Positions 51,601 through 59,866 of a DNA stretch of 64,000 bases are shown here, piece after piece. The position numbers and the translations under genes are program-made. The stretch is taken from the NCBI GenBank assembly GCA_035995165.1, contig DASYKU010000065.1, forward strand, positions 1,633 through 65,632, given 5' to 3'. Numbering within the stretch: position 1 is the first letter of the stretch; each line of letters opens with the position of its first letter. Below the pieces are notes generated by a model, which worked only from the letters and a program-made list of their open reading frames with translations, searched no databases and had not been told where the DNA came from. This DNA is from Mycobacteriales bacterium (lineage in GTDB: Bacteria > Actinomycetota > Actinomycetes > Mycobacteriales > CADCTP01).

Positions 51601-53747
51601 GTGATCTGGCCGAGGCTGTGGCCGAGCGCGGCGTCGGGCCGGATTCCCCAGCCGGACCACAGCCGGGCCAGGGCGATGCCGAACGCGACCAGGGCGGGCT
51701 GCGCGTACTCGGTGCGGGACAGCAGCTCCTCATCGCCCCGGGCCGGAAACAGGATCGTCTGCAGTGGACGGTCGAGCACGCCGTCCAGCAGATCGGCGCA
51801 CCGCATCAGCTCGTCCCGGAAGACGGCGTTGGTCACGTACAGCTGCCGTCCCATGTGGACGTGCTGGCTACCCTGGCCGGGGAAGAGGAACGCGAGCGGC
51901 TCGGGGCCGCCGGGCCGCGCTGTCCCGCGGTGGACCGACCGGGACGGCCGCCCGGCGGCCAGCTCCCGCAGTCCTTGCACGAGCGCGGGCCGGTCGGTGC
52001 CGACGACCACCGCCCGGCGGGACAGCCGGCCGCGGCCCACGGCGGCGGTGTGGCAGACGTCGTCGGTCCGGTCCGCGGCGGATCCCAGGTGGCCGGCGTA
52101 CCGGCCGGCGAGGGCGGCGAGGGCGTCCTCGGTGCGGGCGCTCAGTGGCAGCACGTGCACCGGCCGGGCGTCCTCGATCTCCGCCTCGGCGGCCGGCTCG
52201 GGCGCCTCGCCGAGGACCACGTGGGCGTTGGTGCCGCCGAAGCCGAACGAGCTCACCCCGGCGACCCGCGGGACGGGGCCGCGCGGCCACGCCGACAGCG
52301 TCGTACCCACCTCGACCGGGCCGGCGGTCACGATGGCGGGATTGATCTCCCGCAGGTGCAGGTGCGGCGGCAGCTCGCCGGCAGCCAGCGCGAGCACGAC
52401 CTTGATCAGCCCGGCGATGCCGGCCGCGGACTCGGCGTGCCCGATGTTCGTCTTCACCGAGCCGACCACGCAGGGCTCCCGCCGCGCCGGGTCGTCGAGC
52501 ACCTCCTCCAGGGCGCGGAACTCGATCGGGTCACCGAGGCCGGTGCCGGTGCCGTGCGCCTCGACGTAACCGACCTCCGCCGGTGCGACACCGGCGTCGG
52601 CCAGGGCCCGGCGGAGGACCTGGCGCTGGGCCGTCCCGTTGGGCGCGGTCAGCCCGTTGCTCAGGCCGTCGGAGTTGACCGCCGAGCCGCGCACGACCGC
52701 GAGGACGCGGTCACCGTCGCGGCGGGCGGCCGCCAGCGGCTTGAGGACGACGACGCCGCAGCCCTCGGCCCGGACGTATCCGTCGGCGGCCGCGTCGAAG
52801 GTCTTGCAGCGCCCGTCCGGCGCCAGCATCCCGGCCCTCCGGAACACCCGGGTCACGTGCGGGGTCAGGATCAGGTTGACCCCGCCGGCCAGCGCGAGGG
52901 TCGACTCCCCGCTGCGCAGGCTGGCGCAGGCCAGGTGCACGGCGACCAGTGAGGACGAGCAGGCGGTGTCCACCGCCAGGCTCGGCCCACGCAGGTCGAG
53001 CGTGTACGAGAGGCGGTTGGCGGCGAGGCTGAAGGCCTGTCCGGTGCCGGCGTGCACCTCCGGAGCCGCCGTCCCCGCGGCCGCCTGCACGGCCCGGCCG
53101 TAGTCGGCGTTGCTGATGCCGACGAACACGCCGGCCGGGGTGCCGGCCAGCCGGTCCGGGGCGATCCCGGCGGACTCGAGGGCTTCCCAGGCGACCTCGA
53201 GCAGCAGCCGCTGCTGCGGATCGAGCTGCGCCGCCTCCCGCGGCGAGATCCCGAAGAACCCGGCGTCGAAGCCGTCTATCCGGTCCAGCAGCGAGTGCGG
53301 TCCGCCGAGCGGCTCGGTGCCGGGCCGGGCGGCGCCGTCGCCGGGCGGCACGTGCACGCCGTCGCGCAGCAAGCGCCAGAAGGCCTCGGGACCGTCCGCG
53401 CCGGGGAACCGGCAGCCGATCCCGATCACCGCGACCGGCCCCGGCACCGGGGCCGCCGGATCGCCGGCGTCCGCGGGCTCCGCCCCGCCGGTGAGATGGG
53501 CGGCGAGCCGGGCGATGGTCGGCTTTTCCCACAGCAGGGCGGCGGGGAGATTCTGGCCCAGCAGCCGTTCCAGGTCGCCCGCGAGTACCAGACCGTCGCG
53601 TGAGGACAGTCCGAACGAGCTGAACGGGGCGTGCTCGTCGATCTCGCCGGCGGGGACCGCCAGCTCGGTGGCCAGCCGCGCCCGCAGCCAGCCGGCCAGG
53701 GCCGCCGCGTTCGTGTGGACGTCGCCGGCCGGAGGAGACGCGGTCAT
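45603..53747 (-). CDS. Hybrid PKS-NRPS megasynthase with domain order ACP-KS-AT-ACP-aminotransferase(class III)-C-A-PCP
   Basis: 2714 aa. I located catalytic codons by hand. The N-terminal carrier has FGLSSRD (about 53601-53606). The KS Cys in DTACSSS is at 52959-52961. The AT Ser in GHSLGQ is at 51615-51617, and the HAFH motif is at 51297-51311. The ACP Ser in LGADSV is at 50640-50642. The PLP Lys in [12 protein letters not shown] is at 49404-49406, preceded by [15 protein letters not shown]. The C-domain HHVAADHWS has its His-His at 48405-48410. The A domain has [14 protein letters not shown]...NMYGPTE...PSGKLDR. The PCP Ser in LGGHSL is at 45798-45800. I found no KR, DH, ER or TE domains. 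Confidence 0.92.
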   Translation of the reverse strand: MTASPPAGDVHTNAAALAGWLRARLATELAVPAGEIDEHAPFSSFGLSSRDGLVLAGDLERLLGQNLPAALLWEKPTIARLAAHLTGGAEPADAGDPAAPVPGPVAVIGIGCRFPGADGPEAFWRLLRDGVHVPPGDGAARPGTEPLGGPHSLLDRIDGFDAGFFGISPREAAQLDPQQRLLLEVAWEALESAGIAPDRLAGTPAGVFVGISNADYGRAVQAAAGTAAPEVHAGTGQAFSLAANRLSYTLDLRGPSLAVDTACSSSLVAVHLACASLRSGESTLALAGGVNLILTPHVTRVFRRAGMLAPDGRCKTFDAAADGYVRAEGCGVVVLKPLAAARRDGDRVLAVVRGSAVNSDGLSNGLTAPNGTAQRQVLRRALADAGVAPAEVGYVEAHGTGTGLGDPIEFRALEEVLDDPARREPCVVGSVKTNIGHAESAAGIAGLIKVVLALAAGELPPHLHLREINPAIVTAGPVEVGTTLSAWPRGPVPRVAGVSSFGFGGTNAHVVLGEAPEPAAEAEIEDARPVHVLPLSARTEDALAALAGRYAGHLGSAADRTDDVCHTAAVGRGRLSRRAVVVGTDRPALVQGLRELAAGRPSRSVHRGTARPGGPEPLAFLFPGQGSQHVHMGRQLYVTNAVFRDELMRCADLLDGVLDRPLQTILFPARGDEELLSRTEYAQPALVAFGIALARLWSGWGIRPDAALGHSLGQITAAAVTGVLDDADALRLAAHRGRLMQALPAGGGMTAVLTDEATVRAALATAGSPPDVVVGAVNGPANTVLSGPLSGLAAVTAVLSRDGHAIRPLPVAHAFHSPLMAPVEADLAELAATLPHARPRVPLVSDVDSAFVGPELPLDAAFWPRQLCEPVRFAAGLDRLAERGIRRYLEIGPRPTLTALGGRDRPGADWLPSLRGRGDDWTTLADSLARLHVRGYPVDWAGVDAGYPYRRVTLPGYPFERTRHWFAEPGRPPAAAPEVLPVTAPAQTTATEPAAIPVADRAEVLAVVRATLAEFLEMDQADLDPDESFLRLGADSVVLIQALQTIQERFGVEIPVAQLFEETNTLRRLTDFLTRQVAHRTLPSRPATPGPVAPGPVAPGPAVDADPAARFLAVHAQVMTQAYELLTGTRPPAAAIPAPPPAAAPASPPDVYVPFSAAPPDRRSALSPDQQTFLADVVRRYTGRTQLSRRHADSERPGHADIRHVLTGHLDLKDIRYPLTVSRSVGSRIWDLDGNEYVDLTMGFGVNFFGHDEPFVTDAVRAQLDAGMQLGPQTPLAAEVADLVRELTGNERVSFCNTGSEAVMLAVRLARAATGRSRVALFAGSYHGSADPILSRPADPQITGAAAPMSPGLPASISADTLVLRYGGEAALRALEEHAGELAAVLVEPVQSRRPELQPVDFLRRLRALTERAGIPLIFDEVITGFRVHPAGAQGIFGIRADISVYGKVAGGGLPIGIVAGDARWLDGIDGGAWSFAGGELPSARRTFFTGTFCKHPLAMAASRAVLRRLRDGGGVLQEELNRRTERLVDRLNAVVTAGGLPLRVVRFGSLFRFRLLGEAPQSEVTELFYALLLLHGVYVWEGRNCFLSLAHTEADVDRVVDAVTATMAELDAAGLLDRGTPPAIGAAEPAGDHSAPIPVLPRDGSVALPLSSTQRRFWFLDQLRPGSHDYNLSCRMDLTGRLDLGAVRRALARIVARHETLRSRFRATGGEPTVVVDRPAPLRLDLVDLSGSSIVDPGGADRLATEHAHLAFDLAAGPPLRVTLLRLGEREHRLLLTVHHVAADHWSMGLLVSEFQEEYSAAVERRPSSLGEPEVQFADVAAWEQRKLNSSWLDGQLAYWRDRLAGTPVLALPTDRPRGERQSSAGARTELRVDPGLTDSLRAVARAEGVTLYMLLLAAFTVTLARAAGQDDVAIGSAVANRSRPETRSLVGPFINTLVLRTDLSGAPTLREAVARVRDTCLGAYAHQEVPFDKLVEVLAPDRDPARGPFFQVMFQYIGVPVDPVRLPGLALSVGDVPSDTVKFDLLLDVLPAGGGLSALVQYNTDLYDRPTIDRLTGQWLAVLEAAADDLDRPLAALPSLPAADRRRLLTDWAAGPAGPAQDTLLHSAFEATARRSPDAVAVRIGAEAVGFRDLDERANRLGHHLRGLGVGPETLVPICLDRSVDMVVAILGVLKAGGAYVPLDPDSPPQRLRALGADVAGPVVVTTSRWEAAFDGPVLALDAAREAVGAQPAAPVPGRVDPGNPCYLIYTSGSTGVPKGVVISHAAAGRRLAWQQSQWPVGPGDGVLQNFSYCFDASVWEIFAPLSNGAELVLSEPGRQHDPEYLARLLVRHRCPILKVVPSMLAVLLEEPALRECRGTVRTICCGGETLPPGLLDRCAAVLPGARLHNMYGPTETTITATFWPAEPGRRDRAPIGRPVADTEVFVLDDALEPVPAGVPGEVHIAGPGLARGYWRRPGRTAASFVPRPHGGRPGERLYRTGDLARWLPDGTLEHVGRSDGQVKIRGYRIELGEVEAAVRALPGVGDAAVLVRDVAGDPQLTAFVAAADAADRSGLEPVILAEGLRAALPAPMVPSRFVLLDRLPRRPSGKLDRQALMSTVEGELPVGPEAVRARTETEQRLGRLWMEVLGLSEVGVHDNFFRLGGHSLVATRLIARVNEDFGAALPLSLVFEEPTVAAMAAELDRAVDGPRPEPIGVAARREIVLPAGEGR

Positions 53748-53748
53748 C

Positions 53749-55011
53749 TCAGCTCACCCCCGTCAGCTCGGGGTGGCGGCGCCGGGCCGGACTGAGCACG
53801 CCCAGCCCGACCAACGCGATCACCGCGCCCCCGCCGGCCAGGCAGACCGCACGCACCCCGGCGGTCCCGGTTGCCGCGGTCAGGATCAGCGCCCCGAGCG
53901 GCGCCAGCGCCGAGTGCAGGGTGCGGAACACGGCGGTCACCCGGCCCAGCAGGTGGTCCGGAGTGATCTGCTGCCGCAGCGAGACGGACGTGACCGCGGC
54001 GGCGGTCATCCCGAACGAGAAGGTGGCCGCGAGCACGGCCACCAGCGGGACGTCCGTGACCAGGCCGACCGCGGCCATCGCCACTCCGGAGACGAGGTTC
54101 GCGCCGAGCCAGGCGACGCCGAAGCCGAACCTGCGCCGCACCCGCGGGACGAGCAGGGCGCCGGCGATCGAGCCGATCCCGGCGGCCCCCAGCGCGTAGC
54201 CGACCGCGGTGTCGCCCTGCCCCAGGTCCGTCTTCAGGTAGTAGATGAACACGTCGGTGGCGCCGAGCGTGAGGAACGTCAGCGCGGACAGCAGCAGGGT
54301 CAGCGTCCGCAGGATCGGGCTGTTCCAGAGGAAACGCACCCCGGCCAGCAGGTCCCCCCACCCGGACAGCACCGGCTCGGTGCCGGCCCGGGCCTCCTCC
54401 GGCGGGCGCAACCGGATGACGGCCAGACCGGCCGCGGACACCAGGAAGCTCAGCGCGTTCAGCCCGACGGCGCCGGCACCGCCGACCGCCGCGGTCAGCA
54501 CGCCGGCGCAGACCGGGCCGACGACGTAGGAGAGCGCGAACGTCGCCTCGAGCCGGCTGTTCGCGTCCAGCAACTGGTCCCGGCGGACGAGGCTCGGCAG
54601 CACGGTCGCGTACGCGACCTGGAAGAGCATGCCGAAGGCCGCGGCGAGGACGGCCACCACGTAGAGCAGCCAGATCTGCGGCCGGAACAGCCAGCACAGC
54701 GGGATCGCCCCGTACAGCGCGGCCCGGACCAGGTCGGTGAGGATCATCAGCCGGCGCCGGTCGAACCGGTCGACGACGTGCCCGGCCAGGACGCCGGAGA
54801 CGATCCAGCCGGCCGTGCCCGCGGCGGTGAGCACGCCCATCTGGGTCACCGAGCCGGTCGCGGACAGCACCAGCAGCGGCAGCGCCACCAGCGCGAGCGC
54901 GTTGCCCGTCACCGACAGCGCCTGACTGGACCACAGGACCAGGAAGTCGCCGTTGCGGGACAGCGCCGGGCCCGGCCCGGCCACGGTGGCGACCCGGTCG
55001 TCCCCGGTCAC
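53749..55011 (-). CDS. MFS transporter (EntS/MFS_3-like exporter)
   Basis: This is the C-terminal 420 aa of track ORF 53749..58143, starting at the GTG at 55009-55011 ([49 protein letters not shown]...). It has about 12 TM helices. There is a GTGA overlap with the upstream NRPS stop and a 1-nt gap to the megasynthase start. Confidence 0.85.
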   Translation of the reverse strand: MTGDDRVATVAGPGPALSRNGDFLVLWSSQALSVTGNALALVALPLLVLSATGSVTQMGVLTAAGTAGWIVSGVLAGHVVDRFDRRRLMILTDLVRAALYGAIPLCWLFRPQIWLLYVVAVLAAAFGMLFQVAYATVLPSLVRRDQLLDANSRLEATFALSYVVGPVCAGVLTAAVGGAGAVGLNALSFLVSAAGLAVIRLRPPEEARAGTEPVLSGWGDLLAGVRFLWNSPILRTLTLLLSALTFLTLGATDVFIYYLKTDLGQGDTAVGYALGAAGIGSIAGALLVPRVRRRFGFGVAWLGANLVSGVAMAAVGLVTDVPLVAVLAATFSFGMTAAAVTSVSLRQQITPDHLLGRVTAVFRTLHSALAPLGALILTAATGTAGVRAVCLAGGGAVIALVGLGVLSPARRRHPELTGVS

Positions 55012-58000
55012 GAGATCCTCCGCGCGTCGGTCCCGGCGCCGAGCACAGCGCGTACGACGTCGGCGAGCTCGCCGACGTGCGGCGGCCGCAGCAGCCCGAG
55101 ATGGTCGCCCCCGACGACATGGGTGGTCAGCCGCCCGCCGGTCAGGTCGGCCCAGCCCCGGGCCGCCGCGGCCCGCAGCCGCGGGTCCTGCTCCCCCGCC
55201 TGGATCAGGACGACGTCCCCCGGGTACGGCCGGGGCCGCCAGGCCCGGGCCGCGGTCAGGTGATCCTGGACCAGCCCGAGCCGCTCCCGCAACCGGGCCT
55301 GCTCGGCCGCCGGCACCGCCCGCCGCAGGACGGCCAGCACGGCGTCCGCGAGGTCGCCGACCGGGGTGCCGGCCGGCACGTCGAGCTCGTCCGCGTCCGT
55401 CCCGTACGCCCGGGCGACCTCGGCCACGGCATCGCGGAGCAGCAGCGCGCGCTCGTCGTAGCCGGCCGTCTGGTCCGGCAGGTAGCTGTCCAGCAACAGC
55501 AGCGGGCCGGTCTCGGCCCCCCGCTCCCGCAGCTGGCGGGCGAGCTCGTACGCGATCACGCCACCCATCGACCAGCCCGCCAGGCACGGCCGGGGCGGCA
55601 GGTCCGCCAGGTGCGCGGCGGCGATCCCGGCGACCGTCCGCTCGGGCCCCGCCTGCAGCCCGTGCACCGGGCGGTCCCCCAGGGCGGCGGCCAGGCCGGC
55701 ATAGCCGGCCACGTCCCCGCCCGCCGCGGCGACACACACCAGCGGCGTGCCGACGCCGTCCCGGCGCAGCGGGACGAGCCCGCGATCGGGTGCCGGGCGA
55801 CCGCGCACCAGCCGGGCCAGCCGCGCCACCGACGACGGCTCGAGATCGCCGTCCGGGTCGGCGAACAGCGCGGCCAGCGGGATGACCCGGCCGAACTCGT
55901 CCTCGATCGCCGCGACCAGCCGCACGGCGAGCAGCGAGTGGCCGCCGAGGGCGAAGAACCCGTCCTCGGCGCCGACCTCGCCGACGTCGAGGCCGAGCAG
56001 GCCGGCGACCAGCGCGGCGAGCCGGCGCTCGACGTCGTCGCGGGGCGGCGCCGCCGGGCGGGTGCGGACCGGCTCGGCCGGCTCCGGCACCGGCAGCGCC
56101 GCCTCGTCGAGCTTGCCGTTGGCGGTCAGCGGCAGCGCGTCCAGCCAGCCGAACGCGGTCGGCACCAGGTGCTCGGGCAGCCGCGCGCGCAGGAAGTCCC
56201 GCAGGTCGGCGGCAGGCGCCCGGGCGCCGATGAGGTAGCCGGCCAGCCGCTCGGTCCCGCCGTCGCGCCGCAGCACCACCGCGGCGTCGCGGACCGCGGG
56301 GTGCTCCCGCAGCGCCGCCCGCACCTCCGCGGGCTCGACCCGGATGCCGCCGACCTTGATCTGCTCGTCGGCGCGGCCGAGGAACTGCAGCTCGCCGTCC
56401 GGCCGCCGGCAGGCGAGGTCGCCGGTGCGGTAGACCCGCGCCCCGGGCACCGGCGAGTACGGGTCGGGCAGGAAGGACCCGGCGGTCAGCCCGGGCGCGC
56501 CGGCGTAGCCGCGGGTGACCCCCGTGCCGCCGATGTAGAGCTCGCCCGGGACTCCGACCGGGACCGGCCGCATGGCGTCGTCCAGCACGTACGCGCGGGT
56601 GCCGGCGATCGGGCGGCCGATCGGGACGGCACCTGCGCCGGTGCCGTCGATCTCGTGCACCGTGCAGCCGACGACGGTCTCGGTGGGGCCGTACTCGTTG
56701 AAGACCCGGGCGCCGGCGGCCAGCCAGGGCGCGACGGCGTCCGCGGTCAGTTGCTCGCCGCCGACGACCAGCGTGCCGACGGCTCCGGGCAGCTCGCCGG
56801 GGGTCAGCTCGGCACCCAGCAGGGTCAGGTGGGACGGGGTGAGCTTGAGCAGCTCCGCGCGGCCGCGGCGCAGCGCGACGGCCGCCGCCCGGGGGTCGCG
56901 CCGGTCGACCATGGTCACGGTCCCACCCGCGACCAGCGGGGTCAGCAGGCCGGTGACCGTGAGGTCGAAGCCGATCGGCGAGTGGACGATCGACCCGCCC
57001 CGGCCGGCGTCGTACTGCCCGGCGCTCCAGAGCAGGTAGTTCGACAGCGCCGAGTGCGGCACGAGTACGCCCTTGGGCGTGCCGGTGGAGCCGGAGGTGA
57101 ACATCACGTAGGCCAGGCCGTCCGGCGTCACCTCCGGCCGGTCCCCCGGCACGGCTCCGGGCGGGTCCTCGGCGGTCACCGGCACGACCGTGCCGCGCCA
57201 GCCGCCCGGGCCGGCCGGCGCCGCGGTCAGCAGCAGCCGGGAGGACAGCCGCCCGAGCAGGCCGGCCACGCGCCGCTCCGGCAGGCCGGGGTCCAGCGGC
57301 ACGTACGCCCCGCCGGACTTCAGCACGGCGAGCAGGCCGACGACCAGGTCGGCGCCGTGCTCGAGCTGCACGGCGACCGGGATCTCCGGTCCGGCGCCGT
57401 GCCGGCGCAGCCGGTCCGCCAGCAGGCCGGCCCGGCGGTCCAGCTCGGCATAGGTCAGCTCGGCGTCGCCGTCCCGCACCGCGATCGCCCCGGGCGTCCG
57501 CCGGGCCTGCCGCTCGATCAGCTCGTGCGCACAAGCGGGCGGCGCGGCCGGCCTGGTGCGGGCCCGCAGCTCCGCCTGCTCCCGCGGTCCCACCGCGGTC
57601 AGCTCGCCGAGCGGCCGGTCCGGCTGCGCCAGCGCGTCGGCGAGCAGCAGCCGGTGCTGCTCGGCGAGCCGCGCGAGGTAGTCCGCGGACGCGTGGCCGG
57701 GAGCCCCGAGCCAGCTCAGCCGCAGCCGTCCGGGCGTGGCCAGGCAGCACAGCGTGACGTCGCACGGCTCGGTCCGGACGTCGAGTCCGGTGATCGCGAG
57801 CGACCCGCCGGCGGGCAGCGGCCGCGGCCGGTCGGCGAGGAACTCGAACCCGAACGACCAGCCGGCCAGGTCGTCCGCGAGCCCGGCGGCGGACCGCTCC
57901 TCCTTGGCCGCCAGCTCCCGCCGGGTGCTCAGGTCGGCGACCAGGGCCCGCCAGGTCGGGCCGGCGGCGCGCAGCCCGGCCCAGCGGTCGTACGGGCCGG

Positions 58001-58826
58001 CGCCGCCGGTCAGCTCGTCCAGGGTCCGGCCGGGCAGGGCCGTGCCGACGACCGGGCCGGGCGCCCCGCTGATCCGGCCCGCGAGCACCAGCCAGGCGGC
58101 CAGGAGCGGGATCCGGGAGTCGACCTGGTGCTCGGCCGCCCACCCGAGCACGGCGTCGCGCTCGCCGTCGGGCAGGTCGACCGTGCAGCGCTCGTCCGGA
58201 CCGGCCGGGCCGTACCCGCCGGGCAGCGGCCAGCCGATCCGGCCGGAGGTGTCCGCGGATCCGGCGGGGTCAGGGCCGTGCTCCGCGGCGGTCTCGCGCT
58301 GCCAGCCGGCGTACTGGCTGTATTGGACGACGTCCTGCGAGCCGGCCGCGTACGCACCCGGGTCGGCGTACGCGGCGGCCAGGTCGTCCGCGATCACGGC
58401 GCCGGTCGTGGCGTCCGCGACCAGCGGGTGCGCGGTGACGACGAGGGCCGGCCGGCCGGTGCCGCGGACCAGGGTCAGCCGCAGCAGCCGGTCGCCGGCC
58501 GGCGGGATGGCGCGTTCCCCCGCCACGACGGCCGCGAGCTCGCCGCGCCGCCCGGACGGCCCGGTGTCCACTGTGGACCACGGCGGCGCCGGCGCGGCCA
58601 CCGGCAGCTGGACCGCTCCGGCCATCCCGGGCAGCCGGCGGAACACCGATCGCAGGATCTCGTGCCGTTCCAGCACCAGCGCGGCGGCCGCCCGCAGCCG
58701 GTCCTGCCGGACCGGTCCGGCCAGCCCGATCACCGCCTGCACGTGACCCTCGAAGCCACCCCGCCGCAGCGCCCAGGACCGCTCCTGCTGGCCCGAGAGC
58801 TGGTATCCCTCGACGCGAGCCGTCAC
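55008..58826 (-). CDS. NRPS termination module: divergent C-like domain, A, PCP, TE
   Basis: GTG at 58824-58826, inside track ORF 55008..59501. The N-terminal roughly 420 aa are C-like (LSGQQERSWAL), but the HHxxxDG motif is degenerate, reading TAHPLVADA at 58410-58433. The A domain has AYVMFTSGSTGTPKGV, NEYGPTE and ANGKLDE. The PCP Ser (LGGHSL) is at 55935-55937. The TE Ser (GWSMGG) is at 55569-55571, and the C-terminal GGDHLG motif is present. Confidence 0.9.
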   Translation of the reverse strand: MTARVEGYQLSGQQERSWALRRGGFEGHVQAVIGLAGPVRQDRLRAAAALVLERHEILRSVFRRLPGMAGAVQLPVAAPAPPWSTVDTGPSGRRGELAAVVAGERAIPPAGDRLLRLTLVRGTGRPALVVTAHPLVADATTGAVIADDLAAAYADPGAYAAGSQDVVQYSQYAGWQRETAAEHGPDPAGSADTSGRIGWPLPGGYGPAGPDERCTVDLPDGERDAVLGWAAEHQVDSRIPLLAAWLVLAGRISGAPGPVVGTALPGRTLDELTGGAGPYDRWAGLRAAGPTWRALVADLSTRRELAAKEERSAAGLADDLAGWSFGFEFLADRPRPLPAGGSLAITGLDVRTEPCDVTLCCLATPGRLRLSWLGAPGHASADYLARLAEQHRLLLADALAQPDRPLGELTAVGPREQAELRARTRPAAPPACAHELIERQARRTPGAIAVRDGDAELTYAELDRRAGLLADRLRRHGAGPEIPVAVQLEHGADLVVGLLAVLKSGGAYVPLDPGLPERRVAGLLGRLSSRLLLTAAPAGPGGWRGTVVPVTAEDPPGAVPGDRPEVTPDGLAYVMFTSGSTGTPKGVLVPHSALSNYLLWSAGQYDAGRGGSIVHSPIGFDLTVTGLLTPLVAGGTVTMVDRRDPRAAAVALRRGRAELLKLTPSHLTLLGAELTPGELPGAVGTLVVGGEQLTADAVAPWLAAGARVFNEYGPTETVVGCTVHEIDGTGAGAVPIGRPIAGTRAYVLDDAMRPVPVGVPGELYIGGTGVTRGYAGAPGLTAGSFLPDPYSPVPGARVYRTGDLACRRPDGELQFLGRADEQIKVGGIRVEPAEVRAALREHPAVRDAAVVLRRDGGTERLAGYLIGARAPAADLRDFLRARLPEHLVPTAFGWLDALPLTANGKLDEAALPVPEPAEPVRTRPAAPPRDDVERRLAALVAGLLGLDVGEVGAEDGFFALGGHSLLAVRLVAAIEDEFGRVIPLAALFADPDGDLEPSSVARLARLVRGRPAPDRGLVPLRRDGVGTPLVCVAAAGGDVAGYAGLAAALGDRPVHGLQAGPERTVAGIAAAHLADLPPRPCLAGWSMGGVIAYELARQLRERGAETGPLLLLDSYLPDQTAGYDERALLLRDAVAEVARAYGTDADELDVPAGTPVGDLADAVLAVLRRAVPAAEQARLRERLGLVQDHLTAARAWRPRPYPGDVVLIQAGEQDPRLRAAAARGWADLTGGRLTTHVVGGDHLGLLRPPHVGELADVVRAVLGAGTDARRIS

Positions 58827-59866
58827 CGGGCCGTCCCCGCCGTGTCGTCCCGGAACTCGATGACGTCGCCCATCGCGACGAGCAACCGCCGCGGCCCGGT
58901 GAACGGGTCCCGGGCGTGCGCGGTGAGCACGTTGTCCAGCACCATGACGTCGCCCTGCTCCCAGTCCAGACCGACCTCCAGGCGCGCGTACGTCGCCAGG
59001 ACCGCGGCCATCGCGTCGTCCGGGATCGGCGTGCCGTCGCCGAAGGTGCACGTGCGGGGCAGCTCCCCGGCGCCGAGGCTGGCCAGCAGCGACGCTCGGA
59101 CCTGGCCGCCGAGACAGGACGGGTGCCAGTGCTGGGCCTGGTTGAACCAGGACAGCTCGCCGGTGACCGGATGCCGCAGCACCGCGGGCCGTACGCAGCT
59201 CGTCCGCAGGCCCTCGCCGCGCCAGCTGAAGCTCATCCCGTCGGCCGCGCACCGGGCCTCGACCTCGGCGCGGTCGGTGGTCCGGAACACCTCCCGCCAG
59301 TCCAGCCCGAGCCCGGCCCCGTACGTGCGGACGTAGCGGACGCCCTTGCGGACGAACTCCTCGCGCAGCGCCGGATCCAGCTCCGCGTACACGGCCCGGC
59401 TGTCGACCACCGGCGTCCGGCCACCGCTGGTGGCGGGCCGCAGGCAGCAGAACAGGATCCGGGCCGGGCCACGCGCGTTGAAGGAGTTCTCGTTGTGCCA
59501 CAGCAGCTTCTCCTCGGGGGCGAAGAAGACCGGCGTGTAGACGCCGCCGGTCACCGCCGCCCGCGGGTGCTCACCGTTGTCCCGCAGCAACCGGCCGACG
59601 AACAGGCCGGCGAACCGCTCGAACTCCTCCGCCGAGGCGATCCCCGCCCCGCGCAGCAGCAGCGCGCCGCTGCGCCGTAGCTCGGTCCGCAGCCGATCGG
59701 CGTGGGCGCCGGCCCAGGCGGGCAGGTCGACCCCGGCCGCGGCCGGCTCGACGACCGTCGGGAGCGTCGCGCCCTCGGACGGTCGCAGCCGGACCAGATC
59801 GGCACCGGCCAGGCTGACCCGGCGGGCGGAGAACTGCTTCGGTCCGCGCAGGGATTGCTCGGTCAT
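58823..59866 (-). CDS. TauD/TfdA-family Fe(II)/2-oxoglutarate dioxygenase (stand-alone beta-hydroxylase candidate)
   Basis: I trimmed track ORF 58823..60655 to the ATG at 59864-59866 (MTEQSLRGPKQF...). It has the HNE triad (His 59495-59497, Glu 59489-59491) and NVLTAHARDPF. It is wedged between two NRPS genes, with 4-nt overlaps on both sides. Confidence 0.85.
   Translation of the reverse strand: MTEQSLRGPKQFSARRVSLAGADLVRLRPSEGATLPTVVEPAAAGVDLPAWAGAHADRLRTELRRSGALLLRGAGIASAEEFERFAGLFVGRLLRDNGEHPRAAVTGGVYTPVFFAPEEKLLWHNENSFNARGPARILFCCLRPATSGGRTPVVDSRAVYAELDPALREEFVRKGVRYVRTYGAGLGLDWREVFRTTDRAEVEARCAADGMSFSWRGEGLRTSCVRPAVLRHPVTGELSWFNQAQHWHPSCLGGQVRASLLASLGAGELPRTCTFGDGTPIPDDAMAAVLATYARLEVGLDWEQGDVMVLDNVLTAHARDPFTGPRRLLVAMGDVIEFRDDTAGTAR

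Noticed and set aside
45801-52952. A 2383-aa plus-strand ORF, plus others such as 48850..51660 (minus) and 46522..47568 (minus), covering the megasynthase region
   Set aside because: These are antisense or out-of-frame shadow ORFs typical of very GC-rich DNA. Their translations are Arg/Pro/Gly/Ala-rich with no recognisable domains. The 45603..53747 minus frame, by contrast, carries a complete, ordered set of PKS/NRPS catalytic motifs.
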